Source: Eledone cirrhosa
Lineage: Eukaryota
Length of the DNA: 64,000 bases
Direction: 5' to 3'
Assembly (NCBI GenBank): GCA_964016885.1
Contig: OZ024743.1
Location: 274,040,001-274,104,000 of the forward strand
Shown here: one piece after another, positions 43,620-59,014 of the stretch
Layout: each line of letters starts with the position of its first letter
Position numbering within the stretch: the stretch's first letter is position 1
Program-made: the position numbers and the translations under genes
The notes under the pieces: generated by a model
What the model was told of the DNA's origin: nothing
Seen by the model: only the letters and a program-made list of their open reading frames with translations
Databases searched by the model: none

Positions 43620-46048
43620 ATTAGGAATAAGTGAGAATTAGTAATAGTATTGGTTAGTATTCAGTTTTGGTTTTAAGTTTTACCGGTTGCGCATTTCTAA
43701 TGCTTTTCAAAAATAATTTTGAGATAGAGCGTCCGTGATGTTTTCTCTAATCTGATTAGTTTTGGAAATTCTACTTGTTTTTATGTTAAAAAAGTGGCTC
43801 CAGCGGTATTAAAATAAGTTTTGCGCCAATTCGTGTTGCAAAAATTCTTGTGGTCAAAACAATTTTGATTAGTCGGTAGCGGTCATGTGAATGTTAAAAA
43901 TTGATTTTGCGCCAAATGTAGGTTTGTGTCGGCTGATTGAGAAGTCACTGAAAAATAAGTCTTTCAAAACAAATATAAGTGTGTGTGTGTGTAGTAGTAT
44001 TCAAGAGGTTCGTTGTTGTGATAATGGTCAGCAGGGATGTGTGTGCGAACCGCAGACTGTTGACGGTTCAAATGCCTATTAAGACAAGTGTGTGTGTGTG
44101 TGTGTGAGTGTGTGTGTGTATGTGTCTGTGTGTGTGTGTGTGTAGCAGAGTAATACGTGGTAGAGGGATGGTCAGTAGGAATGTGTCTGTAAGTGTGTGG
44201 GGGATATTTTAACATGTTAAAAGATATTTTTCAGCTCTTGTCTTATACGGAGAAGTGTGTGTGTGTGTGTATGTCTCTTTGTATGTTAATTTACGCGTGT
44301 GTATGTGTGTGTGTATATATGTGCGTGTGTGCGCATACACGTGTGTGTGTGTGAGAATGTATGTGTGTGTGTGTGGGTGGACCAGTAATTAGTTTTGTGA
44401 TACTGGTGAAATGGTGTACATTATTCGATATTTTCAGTAAAATCGATTCTCTCAATAGAACATAAAACACCTTAATAATAAAAGGTGTGAAATGATATAT
44501 AGTATTGGCAAAATACCAAGGTGTGTGTGAGTGTGTCCAGATTGTACGTACTGCAAGGGGAATCCATTAGGCCTTTCCTTATTGGAATACTTGTGTACAA
44601 ATATGTATGTGCCCATCAGTGTGCAATGCATGAGTGCGTTTATGTATGTGTGTGTGTCGGCACGTTTATATCTATAGACATCAAAAGGTATGCAAATTTG
44701 TGTATATTTGTGTTGCACCATAGAACATGTGTGTTTACGTATGTCATTGTGGGTAGAGATGTATGCTGATGTAGGTATGTATGTTGACGTGTGTATGTTG
44801 TGTGTTCGTAGTAGGGAGAAGTGTTTAGACGGGGTCCGTATTTGTTAATAAAGTAAGATTCCTTGCTGATGTGCTGGGTGTGGGTGGCATTATCTTTAAA
44901 TTTGTAAAGGGGAAAGATTCTGAAGTTGGGATGATTTGGGGCGGCACAGGTATCAATGTGTTCACTCAGTGGTATTTTCCTGTATTCCCGTATTTTAATT
45001 TGGGATCTATGGACAGTCATGCGTTGGCGGAGGTTGTTTTTGGTCTGGACTATGTATTGTTCTCGACAACCTGAGTAAGTTAATACATATATTAGATTTT
45101 CTGATGCGCATGTGAAATTGTGTTTTACTATAAAACGTTGTCCTTCTTTGAAATAGAATTCCGAACCCTCTATTAGGTTAATGCATATGCTACAGTTGGG
45201 TCTATCGCATTTTTTTACTGCGGGTTTCGTTGTTGTGGTTGGCAGTACTTTGGCATGTGTTAGGATGTTTTTCATTGACTTAGATTGTCTTTTGCTCTTT
45301 ATGATATCGTGTGTCCGTAGGATTTGGTTAATTCTATGGTCCTTTTTCAACACAGGGATGTTCTGGAGGAGGGTGTCAAAGGCCTCATTGTTGAGGGGGT
45401 TGTGTGTGGAGATGTATGGAAGAGCTTTTAGTTTCGCTTGATTTACTTTATGGTGTCTAAGGTCCTGGGTACTGAGTTTTAGGATACGTTGGATTCCATT
45501 GTCAATTAGTGATACAGGGTAGTCCCTCCCTATGAGTGTGTCCTTTATTTCTTGTAGCCGTAAGTAGCAGGTATTTTTATTGGAGACTATAGTACAGATT
45601 CTCTTGGCTAAGTTGTAGGGAATATTAATTTTAACGTGTCTAGGGTGGCAAGAGTTGAAAGGAAGATATTGCTTGGAGTCTGTGGGCTTGTAGTATATGT
45701 CTGTTTCTATTTTTTGTTATGGATCTTAATGAGGATGTCGAGGAAGGGGAGTTGTTGATGGCTGTATTCCATTGTGAAGATAATATTCGTGTTGAGCCCA
45801 TTTATAAGGGTGTGAAATTCTTTTAGTTTCTCGATGTTTTCGTGCCAAAGGATGAAGCAGTCATCTAGATATCGCTTCCAGTTCCTTTCTATGTGTAAGT
45901 GGAGAGTGTTTCCAACTTTGTTTAGGACTTTAGTGTAGAGGGTGATTTCCAGGTATCCCATGACTAGGTTAGCATAGGTGGGGGTTGTTTTCGTTCCCAT
46001 AGCGGTCCCAGATTTCTGCCTGTAGTATAGTTATTGAAAAAGAAGTAA
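43620..46048 (-). mobile_element. Neptune-like PLE (family B), 5'-truncated, with 3' UTR/pLTR
   Basis: GTAMGT..PTYANL, WKRYLDDCF, LPFLDI, KPTDSKQYLPFNSCHP, CDRPNCSIC linker, degenerate GIY-YIG (NLIYVL..YIVQT..RMTVH). Left boundary approximate. Confidence 0.88.
43677..43714 (-). ncRNA. Decayed hammerhead, U3-A8 variant (family B)
   Basis: ttt TTGAAAA gcat-tagaa-atgc GCAA ccgg TA aaa; GAAA is mutated to GCAA. Confidence 0.5.
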
Positions 46049-46113
46049 TTAAACCAGTGTTCTAAATAGCTTGCCAAGTTAGACTTGGCAAGCTATTTAG
46101 AACACTGGTTTAA
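46049..46113. repeat. Perfect hairpin, 31-bp arms, 3-nt loop, at a PLE 5' truncation junction
   Basis: ttaaaccagtgttctaaatagcttgccaagt-tag-acttggcaagctatttagaacactggtttaa. Confidence 0.95.
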
Positions 46114-46124
46114 CCGCTTTACTT

Positions 46125-46161
46125 CCCTCCGAAGAAGAGATATTATCTCGAAAATTAAGGA
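46125..46161 (+). ncRNA. Decayed minimal hammerhead-like motif
   Basis: ccct CCGAAGA a gagat-att-atctc GAAA at TA agga; U4 replaced by C. Confidence 0.45.
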
Positions 46162-46439
46162 CATTTAAATAAATCTAAGGTAAAAGACTAATTGTCAACA
46201 ATATATTTTGCATTTGCATTCTTTATTCTATGTCCATACCTGCATTGTTTTGGCTTTATTATACATATACAAACGTTTATATATATATATATATATATAG
46301 GGGCATGTCTATGATCCTGTAAACCTGAGAACATGCATTCCAATACAGATCGGAGAACGACTTCTTCCAAAGCAAAAGTGGGAAATGAAACCTCACCCGA
46401 AAGGATGAAATGCAAATTTGACTTTGGGGGGATATTTGA

Positions 46440-47140
46440 AATTAAAAAAAACCATATGAGGAAAGGAGAAGGTCACACAACCTGGCCTGGGAGTAACGAC
46501 GGACAGTTTGTGCGTCATCGATGCCCATCTCATACTCCACCTCCTAGGGAACTGTTTTAGCCTCCCCAAAATTCTTTTTTTCGCTGCACATTATGCCTTG
46601 TCATTCTCACGCCGAACTACACTGCAATCAGATGCTGCATGAAAATTACTCGACGATATACATTGAGAAGACACGAAACTCCCCGTGAGGTTCGATGGCC
46701 TGGCTTCCTTTCAGGATCTAACATTGCACCGTGAATATACCTTTCATATATCGTATCCAACTTCTCTCTCATCAACGAGTTTCTCTGGAAGACATCAGAA
46801 ATAAATGATGATGAGGAGATCGACTCATCTTTGCGCGTTTGGGTTGATAATGGACTGCGTATTCTACAGTAAGCAGGATTTCAATGCAACTGCTTTGGTA
46901 ATAAATACAGTTCCAACTGCACGCAGTTCGAGTCTTTCTTCGACCAAAACCATCTCGCCTGATTCCGGTCTGCCTTGCAGTCAAACAGCGGCGCGTAGCT
47001 CAATTCTCTGCCTTCTTTATCTTCATTAACCTGTATTCTCTTGATGAGGAGGGTACCTGCATCTGAGTGCTCTTTCACAATTGTCTCACCCTGTGTTGGC
47101 TAACAAATGCCATTGAATTCAACCACCGAGACAGGGGTTT
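46440..47140 (-). mobile_element. Decayed LINE (RTE-like) RT/thumb remnant
   Basis: GC-richer island with frameshifted RTE-like peptide fragments; weak support. Confidence 0.35.
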
Positions 47141-48716
47141 AGAATTTGCTCCTTTCTTACGCCTATCAATTTTCAATATTCAATCACTCTCACCTTTTTC
47201 TCTCCCTTCCCGTTCATTATTTTAATTATTTTGTAATATATTTTCATTATTGTATACTTCTGTTCAACAACAATGTCTGCATAATTAAACTTCATATTCT
47301 GAGATTTGTTCTGAAAAGAAAGACAGCAATGAGCTTAGATTCTAGTGGTTGTGTAGTGAAACTATCTACAATATTCCTGTCATAAAAGGCAAGATAGTAT
47401 TCTTAACTTATCCATCACTCCGATTATCTCATGAATAAATGGTGACGTGATTTGTCTCCTGTCAGAATATATACTCACTTCTTTTTATTTTATTTTGTTT
47501 TATTTTTCATAGGGGTTGCTTTTAAATACCTCACATATTTACACGTATGTGTATGTATATATATACACACACTCACACACACAAATTATATGTGTGTGTG
47601 GGGGGGGGGTAATCATTCTACATTTTCACCACTTAATACTCTTCGGTGCTTTCACTCTGTTATGATAATCGCTGGAATTAAAATAATATTATCATTTTCA
47701 TCCATACGAGCAAGCATTTTAACATTCACGCTAAAATTAATTTCAATTAAATGATGAACATAAAAAATAAACACTAAACGATGAAGAAAAATTCATAGAA
47801 GGTTGATTTCGTGAAAAGTTAATAAAATGTAAACAGTATGTAGAATTGAAATGAATACTTAGTAGTATTGTATATTTTCACTGTGCTGTTTTGAGAACAC
47901 TATGCAGTAATGAGTTGATAATTCAAATTTTATAAGTGTAGAATTGGCATAGGCTGTAAAACGTCGGTAGAATGCTTCACGTTCAGAGTTCGAATCCCAC
48001 CGAGGTTAACTTTACCTTTTATCATTTCGAGATAAATAAATATAATAAAATACCATGGGGCCCATTCTTCCACTATCTCTCTTTCACCCACCCCCTATCG
48101 CTCTCTCTCACTCTCTCTCTCTCTCTTTCGAAGAAATCGCTTCTGTTCGTTAGGAAAGGGATGGCTCCATTCGACTTTAAATGCCCAATATACGCCATGC
48201 TTAACAACAGCGCCCACACGATTCTATTAGAATGGCATAAATCAACCTTTTCTCGGTTGCTATATAGATCAAAGGGAATATATTGTAGCATAGAAATGTT
48301 TGTATGAAGATGATTTAGATTATGATATACTTCCTTAAATCTGACCGTGTCTTGTATTCTAATCGTATCATGTTTATCTAACACATTTTGCTGTCAAACA
48401 ATCCCACTATTTTTCTTTTTAAATTCTTCCAAATCATATTTTGCTGCCAGTCAAATTCAATTCCTCTGTAAAGGATTATAATTACACAATAATACAATGA
48501 GACATGTCAGAATACAAAAAACAATAGCGTAATTTAAAAACGTATCTATTTTTACCTATGTTTATATCAAATTATTTTATTTACTTTATTTTGTAAACTA
48601 TAATAAGCTTTATCTATTTTTATTTTCTATAATCTTTCTTTCTTTTTTTGTACTAGAAAAATCTTTAGATATAATGTTTTGCTGGTGAATATATATTTTT
48701 TTCTAATGTCCAAATG

Positions 48717-48764
<48 letters not shown>

Positions 48765-49334
48765 TTGTATTATAAGTCCTACAAAGGTTATCAGTTTGTA
48801 ACAGCAGTTTGTTGGTTTAAAACAAGATTAATGTTCATTGAAAAGCAATAAAGGCATCATTGCTTAAGCTGATAACAATGCAATTCTTTTATAAAAGAAA
48901 AGAAAATACAAGTATGAGTGGGAGTGACTGATTATGTTCCTCCTGTTTTTCAGAGTCTGAAGATCTCTCATTTCCTGCATAGTCTTTCTCCTTCTCTCAT
49001 CCTTTCTCTCTCTATCGCCGCCCTCTCTCTTTATCTGTACTTACAAAACAATCACGTCGTTGCCGTTAATTTAATTTGTGTGCCTTATTTCGATAGTTTT
49101 ATTAATATGCGTTCTTCGACAGTTACACAGGTGTAGATTGCCCATTCCGTTTCAAACGGGCAGATTCCCTGTAAACTACAATTGATGCTGTTCTCAATCA
49201 GTGACCAAACCTATTTAAAAGCAATCTGAAACACGTCAGAGAGTATTGTGGCATTTTTGAAGAGAAACAGTCCCTGCTATAAAGTATCTTGGATAAAGAG
49301 TTCTGACTCTCTTCATATATATATGTATATATGT

Positions 49335-50800
49335 TCTTCTGGTTTTATAATTTCACAATTTTTTTCCCAATAAAGAGAAAGTAGGTTTCTAACATAGACA
49401 CAAGACTCTCTCATTGGAATTTACACAACATCAACTAGGTAGAATATGTATGCATGCATGTGTAGATATGTTATTGTATGTGTGGATGTGGATGTTTTGA
49501 GTTGTTTGTGTGCATGTGTATATGCTTTGGATGTACATGTGTATATGCAGTTATTAGATGCAACATTTTTGGAATGTTTTACATATTTTTACTGTTCCAT
49601 TAATGGATTGTACTTGTAATTTCCTAACTAGTTGTGTTCTTTCTGTTCCTGTGAAGCCTAGCTTCTCAAGATTTGTATTTGGAAAGTTACTAACATACCC
49701 CAGTGCCCCAATAATCACAGGCATAAATCTGAAGGTGTAATCAGGGTGGAGTATCTGCAGATTTCTCATCAGTTCTGCATAAATATTCTCCTTTTCGCTA
49801 ATCTTTGATATTATATTGGCATCTGCTGGGCAACTAATTTCCACTACTGTGCATGCTTTCTTCTCCCTGTCCAATATCATAATATCTGGTCTGTTATGCC
49901 TGCATTTTATTGGGGTTTATACGGGAACATTCCACCAGTACTCTTTCATATTACATTGCTGTAGCTTTTAATGTGTTTATTATCGGGCCTATCTTTTTTA
50001 CGAACTGCATTGTACAGTCTTTTGGCCACTACATTATAGGTAGATAGTACCGCGATGACATCTTTGGACAGCTGCTGATGACATGGGTGATATCCTCGAT
50101 GTTAGTTCTGCAGAGTCTGCACTTGGTATCACATCTAGGTGTTTTGCCTGCATCCCTATCTCTTTTGTGAATCAGGTATTTCGTGTTAATCTCCTGTTCT
50201 TGGATTGCAAAAGCATATCCTTCAAAGTGCGAGCCAATATAGCGGTTGTTGGTCCAAGATAGACTACTTTCCTTATCTATATTACTCTCACTCTGAAGCT
50301 TCCTGGCAACATATCCATGCATGATTGTTTGCTGATAAGCATGCAGTTTTTCATCTATGGATTCACTGCGATACTGCTGAGCGACTTCCCTGGGTGTGAT
50401 TTTTTGATTATCACACAGGGAATATTTCTCGAAGAGTTCCTTCCCAACTCTCATGATCTCATCTGTTTAATGCAGATAGGCTTTCTCGAGAAAAGCGGCT
50501 CCTACGATTCGAGGTTCGTCGATGTTGTCGGAGAGATATGATGCGACATTCAAATGTTGTCTGGACTGATGTTAGGCCTCTGGATCCCTGCTTACGTTTC
50601 AAGTAAAGGCGGTCTATGTGACTGTTGATGGGGAAGTTTCCGGTGTTGTTTAGTATTTTTCGAGTTCCAACATCAACTGCTCGGATTTCGTCTATCGTCC
50701 AATTGAGTATTCCAAACGTTGATGTTAGGACAGACACAGAAAACACATTGTGAGACACTGTTTTGTTTTGCGCAGAGAGTTCCAATGACCAGATCTTTCT
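49335..50800 (-). mobile_element. R4/Dong-like non-LTR retrotransposon 3' part (CCHC knuckle plus RLE)
   Basis: IDRLYLKRKQG.RGL, FAIQEQEINTK, CRLC..IEDITHVISSC, RPDIMILD..VVEISCP, PVIIGALG; frameshifted. Confidence 0.85.
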
Positions 50801-50803
50801 TAA

Positions 50804-51244
50804 ATCTATCTATCTATCTAAGGCGGGTAAAATTCCCGAGATCCATGGACGAGTTCTCTCCAGCGGTCTCTGTCCCTCATTATCGCTGCCATGTCCTGCA
50901 TCTCCAACAGAGCAGTGTCTGTCCTTAGGGCATCAACATACGTTAACCTTGGTCTTCCTCTTCTAGTGTGTCCATGTAGGGGCTCCCACAGGAGCACTGA
51001 GTGCAATGTCAACTCTGGATGTCGGTGAGCATGTCCAGCCAACCTCAGTCTCCTCTGTGTCACTTTTGAGCTGACTTTTGGGATAGTCCCATACAGCTCT
51101 GAGTTTTTAATCCTCAGTGTATACTGATTAATGTTCAGAGCCATCCTCAGCATTCTCGTGTGGCACCCATCCACCATCTGAGTGAGTTTCTTGGTCAGTG
51201 TCCAAGTCTCAGACCCATACAGCAGCACAGACTCCACTACAGCA

Positions 51245-51245
<1 letters not shown>
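50804..51245 (-). mobile_element. RTE-type LINE 3' fragment with (TAGA)n tail
   Basis: [46 protein letters not shown]; stop followed by TAGATAGATAGA. Confidence 0.85.
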
Positions 51246-51313
<68 letters not shown>

Positions 51314-51392
51314 TATACATACATATATATGTATGTTCAGTTTTTTTTCTTGCTATGGCAATGCGGCTGGACTGTCGGTCGCTATATTGGAT

Positions 51393-52107
<715 letters not shown>

Positions 52108-52419
52108 TATATATGTATGTATATGTATGTATATATATATATATATGTATGTATTTATATGTATGTACGTAGGTATGTATACTGCCAGATGTACCCGGCA
52201 ATATCCGATTATTTTAACAGAAAAATCAAGAAAAGTGTAATTCAATGAGATTTTATTCTTAATCCTAACGGGCTCTGCGAAATCAAACAAATCTTGCTTG
52301 TTGTTTCATAGATCCAAATATACATAAATAATAAATCAGGGTGTGGTTTAAGGATAATTTGAGTGCTATTTAATTGCTGCCTATGATGTAATTATTTCCT
52401 TCCACTCTCTCACTATATA

Positions 52420-52467
<48 letters not shown>

Positions 52468-52502
52468 TGTATACATGTGTACATAATCTCACACACAAGC
52501 AT

Positions 52503-52543
<41 letters not shown>

Positions 52544-52731
52544 TGCATATGTATATATACATATGTACATTTTTATATATATTTATATATATATGTGCGT
52601 ATATATGCATATGTGTATATATTCATATGTATATATGCATATGTATATATATATATATGTGTATATATATATACATACGCGTATATATATACATATATAA
52701 AAATATACATATGTATATATATACATATGCA

Positions 52732-52768
<37 letters not shown>

Positions 52769-52875
52769 GTGCGTGTGTGTATGCTTGTGTGTGAGATTAT
52801 GTACACATTTATATATTATGTACACATGTATATATTTATATATATATACATATATATATATTTTATATATATATA

Positions 52876-52906
<31 letters not shown>

Positions 52907-52959
52907 ATACACATATATATATAAATATGTATATATATATATATATGTATATATCTATA

Positions 52960-53001
<42 letters not shown>

Positions 53002-56000
53002 GCGTGTGTGTTATCACATAAACATATTTGTGTGTGTCAGTGTATGTGTACATAATCAATACCATGTCTTGTATCCAAATGACAGGTCGTATCCAGAGAT
53101 TAACACAAAAATGATCGAACATTGTCTTTTCTGTTATTGTTTTTATTCGTTTATGTAGTTTTGCGTAGCTGGAAAGAAATAAAGATTCGTTTAAGTTTTA
53201 ATCAGATTTTTACATTAACTTCTTATCTTTCGAAACGGATCGTTTGCACTTTTATTGCTTTACTCTTGTTTGGCGCCATGATTAGTATACATTCACTGAA
53301 GTACTTATTCGAGAAATTAGATTAGTTCATATTGTCAGGCCATTACTTTTTCTAGTTGTATTCTTTTATTTATTTAATCCGGCGATGAAAAAGTTCGAAA
53401 CGCTGCGGTATTTGTTCTGGAGGCAGTATCAACTGAAAAAATTTCTTATTGTAAATGTCTTCAGGTTATCGCCAGACATAAGCCTGTCGAAAGCTTCTAA
53501 ATTTATATATTCTTGCAATAAACAGAATACGTACTGCAATGAACTTTTACTCTGAATATATCTCAACATTTCAAGCACATTTATATAATGTGTGAAACAT
53601 TCTTACAATTATTGCAAAACTCTCAATACGATGATTTTCTAAATACGAATAACAAAAATACGGTTTAATATAAATAGGTATCCTGGTAACATTTTTTCCG
53701 TTTAATATCTTTGTATTAGATTTAGCTGAAAGGAAATAAAATGGGATATCTCCTCAAACTAAAATCCATTTCGAAACTTTCGATACTTCTTATAGTCTAT
53801 CCTCTAGTATCATTTGACTATTGCTCATACAATTATAGCTAGAGAAGTGTTGTTGTGTAAGCTGGTACAGATTAATTTTTTATAGAAGTGCTCAAACCTA
53901 TACTCCAACAAGATAAAATTAGGCAAACTATATTTATTGCCACAGAGACTGGAGTTATTGCCTGAAGAATTCGGGAAGTAATTTATTACATTATATAAGT
54001 ATGATTACAGAATCGGATCGTGAACGGAATGATTGCAGTATTTATTACACTAATCGACCAACTTTCCATCAGAAGATCTCATCTCATGCAATCAACTAAT
54101 CCTTCATGTTTCTACTAAAAGGCTATCTAATAATTGAAAAATAGTAGCCTTATTATAATACTACCTTTAATTGCTTTGTGAGTAAGTTCATATACGATTT
54201 TACAATACATCTAGTGGCTGTATGTTTAAAACGTTAGCTGCGCAATCACGTGGTTGTGTATTCTACACCACTAGTCGAACCTTCACCATCATCATATATT
54301 GACTACAAATCGCACTTATGTTGAGCGAGAAAGTAAACACTCCATATATCGAGTTTCACCTTGTAACCTATGTTTATCAGTATTGTGTTACTATTGCCCT
54401 CAATCAGGGCCTTTGTCATGGTTTTGGAAGAACGCTCATGGTTTATTCTCTAATGATCTGATTCCGATGATATGACGAGTGGAAAGTGGCTTTTAATGTT
54501 AGTACCCTTTCAATTCAATATTTGTGTGAGAAACTTGGTTTACGGAATGTATGTGTAGAAGTCCATCCAATGAATTACACGTGTATATTTGTTATTATTT
54601 ATTTGTTTGTTGTTGTTTTTGTTTTGTTTTTTGTGCTTTTCTGTTTTTTATTTTATGTTGCTTCTGCTCCTTTATCGGAGGACACTTCCGTGGACGCATG
54701 TAACCAAATCTACTAGAATGATGATAATTCATAATTGTGAGGGTGCTTTCCCATTCACAGGAGTTTTGTAGGGGCTCGGTAGTTTTATAGGCTACACTTA
54801 CTCTTTTGTCTAATCCACATAAAGACGATATTTCTCGTATTCTATCACAATTTTCCTTGCATCTTTTCTATTAATAACTCCGAAAATTGATGTTTCTCTA
54901 GATTGTAAAAAGAATTAATACTTGTCTCATTAAAAACTACCATTAGCCGTTGATATATGTTAAATTATTCCTTGAGTCTAGATCCTCACCCGACAGCACT
55001 TATCCTGTTTCATTTTATGTTAAGCGACTCAAACAACGGTATTCACCTTGGATGGAAGGCCAGTCAGTCAATCGATTAATTTCTAGTTACTGGTGGTTTT
55101 TCTTTTTAGATGAATGGACTGGTCAAACGTGAAATTAAGTGGCTTGCTCAAGGAGAAATTGAACCACCCGGTTTTACAGTATTTGGGATCCCAACACCTT
55201 AATCACTAATCAATAAAATTATGCATTATACTCAGTTGAATCTTTCACACACACAATATTGTGCAACGTATGAGAAATTATAGGTTGGTTTAATAGATAG
55301 CTATTTTTGAAAGAGGCGTCCAGCAAGAACAGTTATTAGATCATGTTTTTTTTTTAGAAAAGGCTTTTAAATGGTTCCTATAATGAACAGGGATATTTAA
55401 TATAGGAGGAGATAAACAGATATAAATGTTACAAGGAGAAATATAAATAACTATGCAGGGAATAACATTATCGTGAAAAAGTCCAGGTAAAGCGAAAGGG
55501 GTTGAAAATTGAAGATTGGTTTTGAACAAAATGTTCAGTTGCATTTGACAACATTCAATGTATCCCCAACTATATTTTGCCTTGTCAGATAAAGCTCAAT
55601 AACCTGATATAAATTGTAAAGAAATTATGAATATTTGGTTCTATTTTTATTGTTTAATATCTAGATTTTTAACGTAATTGGCCTACTTAAGCAATTGCAA
55701 CAGAAATCAAATTAGATCACATTGTATTGAATATCATATTAAAAGCTATATGACAAATATTTATATATCAAAACCTTTTCTGGATATTGTGGGGCTTCTT
55801 CGCATTAATATTGAATCGGAATTATAAAACTTGCATTGTGAAATTAAATGATGGATATTTAAATCTCATAATATGCGAGTTAGAATTTATTATATCTCTG
55901 CGAGAAAACTCCTTATTTTTTTTCTTTTGGCTTTTAAAATTTGGAATTCAATGTAAATTAGATTTTCTTTTACATCGCCTCAATCCAATGTAAATTACAA

Positions 56001-57040
56001 CCATTTAAGTGTTGCAGTAATACAGAGCTACCGTATGTCCCTTGCATATTAAGCCTGGTTTCTTATAAACACATTTTAGTTTTAGTTTTTTAGTTTTTTA
56101 GTTTTTTGTGGGAGGAGTGATAATGAAGAATGTGTTGAATATCATTGAATTTATTTAGAATTCAGCGATAATGAAAATATATCGTCGGATCTTGCAATTA
56201 GATAAAATAAGGTACGTGAGGGAACATGTAAAATTAAATTGGAAATAATTGCCACTTGAAATTAGACTCGATATAAAAATCTTCAGCTGTAAATCCTGTA
56301 TTCTATTTTACTTAAAGAAAAAAATTATAAAACTTGTTTTATAATTTCCTCTACTAAATTCCATTACAAAGGTTACACCCCCCCCCCCCCCACACACACA
56401 CATATATATATGGTATAAACAAACTTTAATATAATTAACATGTACGTGCGGCAATTGGTTTTGGGGCCCAGTTATGGCCACCATTGAATATTATAGGAAC
56501 CACTTTTTAAAGCTTTCTTGCAACGGATTGAGCACTATTTTCCTTGATATTTCATCTATAGATTTCTACAAACGCACCAACAGTTTGGCATATTTAGGCA
56601 TTACCAGTAGTTACGTATTTAAAACCATCTGATTTGGTGTCTGGTAACGCACAAGTCCAATTGCTGTTATAAATATTTTCAATTTCAGAATTGACCAGTT
56701 GATATGAACAATCAATTGCTTTTACAAAGATTTGAACAAATTGTGAATTTTTAATGTATTTTACCTTGCCGATAGATAAGCCCATAAAATAATGGATGAA
56801 TGGCCAGCTTCGGTATACAGTAGGTGTACCAGTAGCTCTCAATGGCGCGGGTGACCATTTTTTCTATCTCTATGCTCAACTTGTTCGACTAGTTTTCATA
56901 GTAAAAAAAACAGATGTTGAGCAACATAATTTGAGTTAACATACATTCAAAACTAATAAATTTCTAAATGTTTCACACACACACATACATATATATATAC
57001 ACATTCATATATATATATATATATGTGTGTGTGTGTATGA

Positions 57041-57130
<90 letters not shown>

Positions 57131-57221
57131 TATATATATACATACAAACACATGTATATACGTATACAATACACACATATAGACACCGCCCGTCTCCTTA
57201 ATCTATTTTATTTCTCATTCT

Positions 57222-57300
57222 TTCTTCTGATGAAGGACTCGGGTCCGAAACGTTAAAACCCTCTTCCTGCCATATCAAGCGTTAACCTAATATATACCTT
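57222..57300 (+). ncRNA. Hammerhead-like motif in a short dispersed repeat (homologue at 29720-29790, - strand)
   Basis: CTGATGA a ggac-tcgg-gtcc GAAA cgtTA; helix I weak; downstream tcttcctgc.at.tcaagcg.taa.ctaata is shared with the 29720 copy. Confidence 0.55.
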
Positions 57301-57355
57301 CAATATACTGTACCGATTCTGTTGTTATTTCTGTTTACCTTTTACATACACACAA

Positions 57356-57415
<60 letters not shown>

Positions 57416-57669
57416 TTATATATAAATAAAGTAAGAATATTTTCGAAACAGCGACCGATTTTGAAATTGTAAATGTAAGCTATCGCCCTATTTTGACCAA
57501 AGAAATTAAAGAAAATTATTTAGCCTGATAGTGGGGTTACGAACCCTCGGAGAAATGGAAAAAGATGAGTATTGACGTACATGGGAGTCGAACCCACATC
57601 TGGTTATCCATATATATATATATATCAATGATATTAATAACATGGAAACTATCTTTATAAAACCATATT

Positions 57670-57730
57670 TATTTTATTATATATATTTCAAGGGTACCAA
57701 AACTTTGGTACGCACTCATCAGATAAAATA
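57670..57730 (-). ncRNA. Type I hammerhead ribozyme at the 3' end of the Naiad-like element
   Basis: tattttat CTGATGA gtgc gtaccaa-agtt-ttggtac cctt GAAA tatata TA ataaaata; 8-bp helix I. Confidence 0.75.
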
Positions 57731-59014
57731 CAAAAATTGTTTTATAAATGTTGACATATCCAAAAACAAGAACTTGTCGTTTTAAGTTCATTTTGGAAAG
57801 TGAAAGAAATTTCAAATCTTAGGCTGAAATATGTTAATGGTTGAAAAAGATCGTTATATTTAGGCGCTAGGTAAATTTAAATAATTATTAAGATAATTTT
57901 TTATTTTTTTATTTTTAAGGGAAGAAGACAGAGATATTAATATTAATATTAGGATGTAAGAAAATTTAAGGAATGATTATAAGAAAACAAGTATATTATA
58001 TTTAGAAATACACTATTATTATTAAAATATAATTGTATGGATCAAATCAGTGATGGTGTAAAGAGAGTGATATAATTATAATTATTTATTTAATTATGTA
58101 ATTATATATTTTGGTAGTATCTATACAATAATATGAGAATTATAAATGTGTTGAAGTGGTGGAATACCAATTTTAAAAATTGAGAGATAGTACTAATTAT
58201 TGGATCTATTCAAATCGTGAGTTATAATAGATATTATTTATAAATATATTTTATGAAGATTTAAGGTTGTAAGTATATTTTACTTTATTATATTACAACA
58301 AGTTATTTATATAAATATTTATATAAATAATTTTGGTGAGTATATATGTTGTTTTTATCAATAGGTATATAATTTAAATATTTATGTATGTTAAGGGTTT
58401 CGAAGAATTTCGTGTTTACATTTTCAATATATAGTTAAGAAAAAAGAAAGTAGTTCAATTTTTATTAGAGAAGCTTATTTTGTGCCGTCTGTAGTTCAAT
58501 GAAGATAGGAATACATTTACAGAGTTTAGTAAATTAACGAAATTATAAAGACAATTTAATATCTATGTAAATTTTAGTTGTTACTTAGAAGAAATATTTA
58601 AGCGTGTTACATTATAAAGGAAAAGATAACTCAAATATTTCTTAGTTAAAATAGTTATGTTAAATTTGTCGTTTATACTAGAATTTACTTTAAAAGAATA
58701 TTCAATTAAGATATATGCAAAATATATGTAGAAATATTTTTATATATTATTTTATATATATATATTTTATAATAAGGTATCCTATATTACATATTTTCAA
58801 ATATAAAAATTATTTTATATATGTATTTAGATAGCATTATCTCCATCGCTGCAAATGTTAATATCTATATAGTCAATTAGGAAGAAATATTAGAGACATC
58901 CAAAGTATATTCAGAAACACCGTTAGAACTATCACAAGAAAGATATATTTCAAAATATCATTTAAAAACAATTTAAAAAGAGTATCATTTGAAAAATATC
59001 ACAAAAAAGAAAAA

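Noticed and set aside
57575-57605. tRNA B-box-like GGTTCGACTCCC on the - strand
   Set aside because: No cloverleaf; at most a SINE remnant.
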